Assembly (NCBI GenBank): GCA_016786765.1
Contig: JAEUUZ010000022.1
Location: 34,443 to 98,442 of the forward strand
From: Chitinophagales bacterium
GTDB lineage: Bacteria > Bacteroidota > Bacteroidia > Chitinophagales > LD1
Length of the DNA stretch: 64,000 bases
Reading direction: 5' to 3'
The notes under the pieces were generated by a model. It made no database searches. It had not been told where the DNA came from and saw nothing but the letters and a program-made list of their open reading frames with translations. Position numbers and translations under genes: made by a program. Shown here in pieces: positions 60,114 through 64,000 of this stretch (its first letter is position 1; each line of letters begins with the position of its first letter).

Positions 60114-63100
60114 TTACTTGGCGGGTTCAGCTGTTAGCGTTTCTTCGTTTTTGCCTGTGGCTTTGGGTTCTGTTTCGGGTTTTTTCTTCGGATTTTTGCG
60201 TTTGAAGAGATCTTTGAAATTATCGAAATCTTGACGGAACGAAAGTCCTAATCCGGTTTTGTTTCGATTACGTTGATTGAAGTTGTCGTAGTCGCCACGG
60301 TTAAAGGCTTTGGCGCGGAAGTTACCCGATTTGGTAAGGGTGTATTCTACTTGGAAATCGCCATTTACGTTGGTGGTTTTGTTGTTTTTAACGGTACCCG
60401 ATTGATCGGTATAGCGATCGCCAAAATCTAAGTTTCCGCCAACGTTAATCGACAATCGATTGTTGAAGAAGCGTTTGGTTAAAGCCAATTGCAATTCTCT
60501 GCGGGTATCGTACACATCGAGGGCAGAGGTTCCGCTACTTTGTTGATCGTACTGACGGAAATTCAAGTTCACGTCAAAGTCTTTTACATTAATGTTTTCA
60601 AAGAAGTTACTTACATACATCGAGAGTTGTGAGGTAAGAAACTCACTCACCGTGTTGGCTACTCCACCACTGATATAGTTCGGGTTGGCAATAGAGTTGG
60701 TGGCAGTAGTACTGGCTGGCAAGAAACGGTTCATCACCAATAGACCAAAGACTTGTTTGTTCATTTCCGATTCTACACTACGCACCAATTGCATCCTGTT
60801 TTCTACTAAAGTACGAATCAGCGGATCCGGGTCTTGTGGGGCTATGTCGAAGGATACATCCGGTTTTTCGAGAATGCCGGTAAGTTTCAATAATAGTTTG
60901 GTGGTAATACGATTTTTGGCCCGTGCAGTGGCTTCTTCCGAAAGATTCGATTCCGATTGCGATGGATCGTAAATTAAATCATAGGTCGATGTTCGAACAT
61001 CATACGATGCATCGGCATTCAATTGGGCTTTATAGATATCGCCACGGAAATTGATGGTGCCGCCACGGTTCAATAAAAAGCGTTTGTTGATGATGTTCTG
61101 TAAGGTAAATAAATAATTTCCGCGATCGATTTCATACAAACCATAGATGTTGAATTCACCGGTGCGCAACACTTCAATTTTGAGATTGCCGCTTCCTTTG
61201 CTGCTCAAAATATCACCGGCTGCAGGATCGAGCAAAATATCGAGTGTTGCATCGGGCGTTACATCCACTTCTACAGTGAAGTTTACTCCGGCAGGTTTGA
61301 TTTGATCTTTCTTCCCCAACAAACGCAACGAATCCGATTGTTTGTTCACGAATTTGTAGAACGAATACTTATTGGTTTCGAACGAAGAGTTAATGGGGAT
61401 ATAGCAATGCGTTTCCGGATTTACTTTTGCTGTGGCATGAATATCTACCACAGGAATAGTGCCTTTAAAAGTAACCCGACCGTTTGCGAAAATTTGTCCG
61501 TAAAACACCGAATTGTCTTTTGCCGTTGTGTTCATGAACATGGCGTTTTGCGTGTTCACATTCAAATCCAGTCTGAATTTTTTCAGATTGTCGTGATAAA
61601 TTCTTCCATAGCCTTTAGCCGTATTATTGCGTTCATCGGTGAGCACTAATTCTCCAATATCGAAGAATCCGTCTTTGTTAAGGGCAATGTCTTCGTTGCG
61701 TAATTTATATTTTGTGTTGAGGTACGAAACACGCACATCAGCATCGTTGATGTGAATGTTTCCATCAAGGGTTAGTCCTTTAATTGGACCTGCAAGGTGT
61801 GCTAATCCACTGAATGTACCTTTTACATCTTTTACGTATTTGGCAAAGAACGGATAGTTTAGAAAGTCTAATTCGCCATTTTGAATCAATGCCACAACAT
61901 CTAAACGTTGATTGTTTTTCTCCAAACTGTAATAGCCGTTAATGTTTAACTTGTTGGCAGCACCGCCTAATATCCCTTCAATATCAATACGGTTGAGCTT
62001 TTCGTTGAGTGACGATTTAATACTTAAATTCCCGAGTGCAACTTTCCCTAACTGAATGGTGTTGGCATTTAAATCGGCCAAATAGATTGGCTTAGAGAAG
62101 ATACGTTCAATTTTTAAGTTGCCATTCACCTTGGCATCTATATCTTTTACTTTGGTGTTGAAGATGGCCATGAAACCATTGAGCGATGTTTCATTGAGTT
62201 TCACATTCACACAGGCCACGGAATCTTGTGTTTTGTAGCTTTCGAAGGCAATGCGTTGTTCGCCTGATTCGAAAAACAGGTTGCTGATAACGAGATCTTT
62301 TTTGCTTAAATGCACATTGTTATCTACCGGAGTAATCCATTCTTTTCCACCCAACCAAATCGAAGTTTTCTTCAGTTGAATATCAACAGACGAGTAGCCC
62401 GGTTGTACAAACAAATCGGTATTTAAGCGATTGTAGTTTTTGAAATCTTTGATTTGTGTGTTGATGGCATAACCTTCACCGCTGTTCTTTAATGCAACGG
62501 CAACGGTGTCGATATACAAGCTATCTTTTATAAATATTTTATCGATACTAATGTTTGCTGATGTTTTTGCATCGGTAATTGCGCCATCTACATTAGTGGT
62601 TCTGATTTTGTAGGTATCGTAAATCAATTCAGGGATGGAAGCACTGATAACAAAATTATTGGGGTTAGTTGCGATCTCGCCTCGCACAAAGGAGTTGCGG
62701 ACTAACTTAATTTTCGGGTCCAGCATTTTCAATACGGGTAAGCTGTCGTAAATTCTTAAATCAAAAGCAAAGTTTTGATTCGGGAAATGTGTTGTGTCTT
62801 CAATTTTGTAAATCGCTTTATTGAAATAGCTTTTTAATATTTTCGGTAAAATCGTTAACGAATATTTTCCGGTAATATGTCCTTCGGCCATATCGGTTTC
62901 GAATACCAAGCTTTTCTTTCCATTGCCAATAGCGGTTGATTTCAATGTAGTAGAACGCAGCACTTGCACTTCATCGTTGCGCATCAATTTTAAATCATTA
63001 ATAGTAAGGCTGCCATCGAGTTCATCGATGTTTTTGCCTGTAAAATCGGCATCTACAGTGCCTTGGAAACGATAGTCTTCGGTAGAAATATTCAATTCTT

Positions 63101-64000
63101 TCAGCGAAATGTTTTTCACATTCGAATTGAATTTAAACGTAGGTACTGCGGCACTCATATCCGCTTTACCGTTGAAGGTAACATCTAAGTTAGGATCGTT
63201 GATAGAAAGCGCTCCTTGGAACGATTTTCCTTTCACACTTCCGTTCACCGTAAGGTTTTTGTAATTGTAATTTTTATACGTGAAGGCATCTATTTGTCCT
63301 TCAATTTTTGAGTTGAGTGTTTCGATTTTTAATCCTTTTCCATTGATTTTGGCGGTTAAGCTTACATCGCCAATGGCAGTATCGTTGAACCATTCGCCCA
63401 ATTTAAATTTCTGCAAATTCAAATTACCGGAGTAGGCGCTTTCACTGGTTTTCAAATCGTATTTAAAGTTCAAATCCGAATTGGCATTACCCAAATTGGT
63501 ATTCAAGTTTCCTCGTGCCACGAAGTCGGTTAAGAATCCATCGAGGTCACCGCTAAAGTTGATGTTTTGTAGTTTATTGAGGTTGTCAGGTATTTTAGCA
63601 TTAGGCGCTATCCTTCGAATATCTGCAACCGAAGTATGCAACGATTTTAAACGAATATTCAAAAATGTTTCTTGTAAGCGAGGTAAACCGGAGGTATATA
63701 AAGAACCACTTAATGTTGTGTTATTTCCTGTTTTTAAAACTATGTCTTTGGCATCGAGTCCGCTGATTTTTCCTTTTAACTTTCCGTCAATAGAAACGGT
63801 ATTGTGCGCATAAGGTTCAATTCCTTTTACAAAAAAGGTCAAGTCTTTAAGCGAGAATTTACTTTCGTGCAAATTGGCCTGCATGTTTACTTTTTCAATA
63901 AACTCTTTAAAATCGCTGAAGGAATTATAACGCAATACCAATTGATCTTTCAGTTCTGAGTTTTCTGTTTTCAATAAAAAGTCGGTATAGTGTACTTCGC
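60114..64000 (-). CDS. tamB: Translocation and assembly module TamB family protein (partial; frame stays open to the window end)
   Basis: Beta-taco repeats; C-terminal DUF490-like GG.INF.GD...LNADASY and LFNNRL-like FFNNRLSINVGGN...VEYTLT. No stop between 63974 and 64000. Confidence 0.88.
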   Translation of the reverse strand, partial: EVHYTDFLLKTENSELKDQLVLRYNSFSDFKEFIEKVNMQANLHESKFSLKDLTFFVKGIEPYAHNTVSIDGKLKGKISGLDAKDIVLKTGNNTTLSGSLYTSGLPRLQETFLNIRLKSLHTSVADIRRIAPNAKIPDNLNKLQNINFSGDLDGFLTDFVARGNLNTNLGNANSDLNFKYDLKTSESAYSGNLNLQKFKLGEWFNDTAIGDVSLTAKINGKGLKIETLNSKIEGQIDAFTYKNYNYKNLTVNGSVKGKSFQGALSINDPNLDVTFNGKADMSAAVPTFKFNSNVKNISLKELNISTEDYRFQGTVDADFTGKNIDELDGSLTINDLKLMRNDEVQVLRSTTLKSTAIGNGKKSLVFETDMAEGHITGKYSLTILPKILKSYFNKAIYKIEDTTHFPNQNFAFDLRIYDSLPVLKMLDPKIKLVRNSFVRGEIATNPNNFVISASIPELIYDTYKIRTTNVDGAITDAKTSANISIDKIFIKDSLYIDTVAVALKNSGEGYAINTQIKDFKNYNRLNTDLFVQPGYSSVDIQLKKTSIWLGGKEWITPVDNNVHLSKKDLVISNLFFESGEQRIAFESYKTQDSVACVNVKLNETSLNGFMAIFNTKVKDIDAKVNGNLKIERIFSKPIYLADLNANTIQLGKVALGNLSIKSSLNEKLNRIDIEGILGGAANKLNINGYYSLEKNNQRLDVVALIQNGELDFLNYPFFAKYVKDVKGTFSGLAHLAGPIKGLTLDGNIHINDADVRVSYLNTKYKLRNEDIALNKDGFFDIGELVLTDERNNTAKGYGRIYHDNLKKFRLDLNVNTQNAMFMNTTAKDNSVFYGQIFANGRVTFKGTIPVVDIHATAKVNPETHCYIPINSSFETNKYSFYKFVNKQSDSLRLLGKKDQIKPAGVNFTVEVDVTPDATLDILLDPAAGDILSSKGSGNLKIEVLRTGEFNIYGLYEIDRGNYLFTLQNIINKRFLLNRGGTINFRGDIYKAQLNADASYDVRTSTYDLIYDPSQSESNLSEEATARAKNRITTKLLLKLTGILEKPDVSFDIAPQDPDPLIRTLVENRMQLVRSVESEMNKQVFGLLVMNRFLPASTTATNSIANPNYISGGVANTVSEFLTSQLSMYVSNFFENINVKDFDVNLNFRQYDQQSSGTSALDVYDTRRELQLALTKRFFNNRLSINVGGNLDFGDRYTDQSGTVKNNKTTNVNGDFQVEYTLTKSGNFRAKAFNRGDYDNFNQRNRNKTGLGLSFRQDFDNFKDLFKRKNPKKKPETEPKATGKNEETLTAEPAK

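Noticed and set aside
3446-63813. The many 60-120 aa ORFs nested in or antisense to long genes
   Set aside because: Shadow frames of well-supported CDSs with no independent motifs.

Overview
Window from a Bacteroidota genome, probably Chitinophagales-like (inferred from the type IX secretion genes, TAnnTTTG -7 promoter boxes and alternative complex III). It has three parts. (1) 1-21.4 kb, housekeeping and envelope genes: T9SS type-B cargo with PorP/SprF and PorE-like partners, ECF sigma factor, M1 peptidase, metallophosphoesterase, pyrD, Ntn acylase, a beta-helix protein paired with a diheme cytochrome, and murQ. (2) 21.6-36.5 kb, a complete respiratory operon: actABCDEF plus an aa3-type oxidase (subunits II, I, heme o synthase, two subunit III genes, IV). 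Subunit II carries a C-terminal OmpA-like peptidoglycan-binding domain and ActF has a His/Ala/Glu-rich insertion. (3) 36.5-55 kb, a palindrome-rich accessory/defence island. It holds a co-oriented PLD, putAbiC, HARE-HTH/GIY-YIG and type IIG R-M cluster; a Pycsar system; and directly after Pycsar a multi-pass membrane histidine kinase coupled to a receiver-adenylate cyclase. Several unusual repeat structures also lie here. Conserved outer-membrane genes follow (large OMP, partial tamB). I found no tRNA, rRNA, CRISPR array, integrase or transposase. All family assignments come from motif recognition by eye; no database searches were run.
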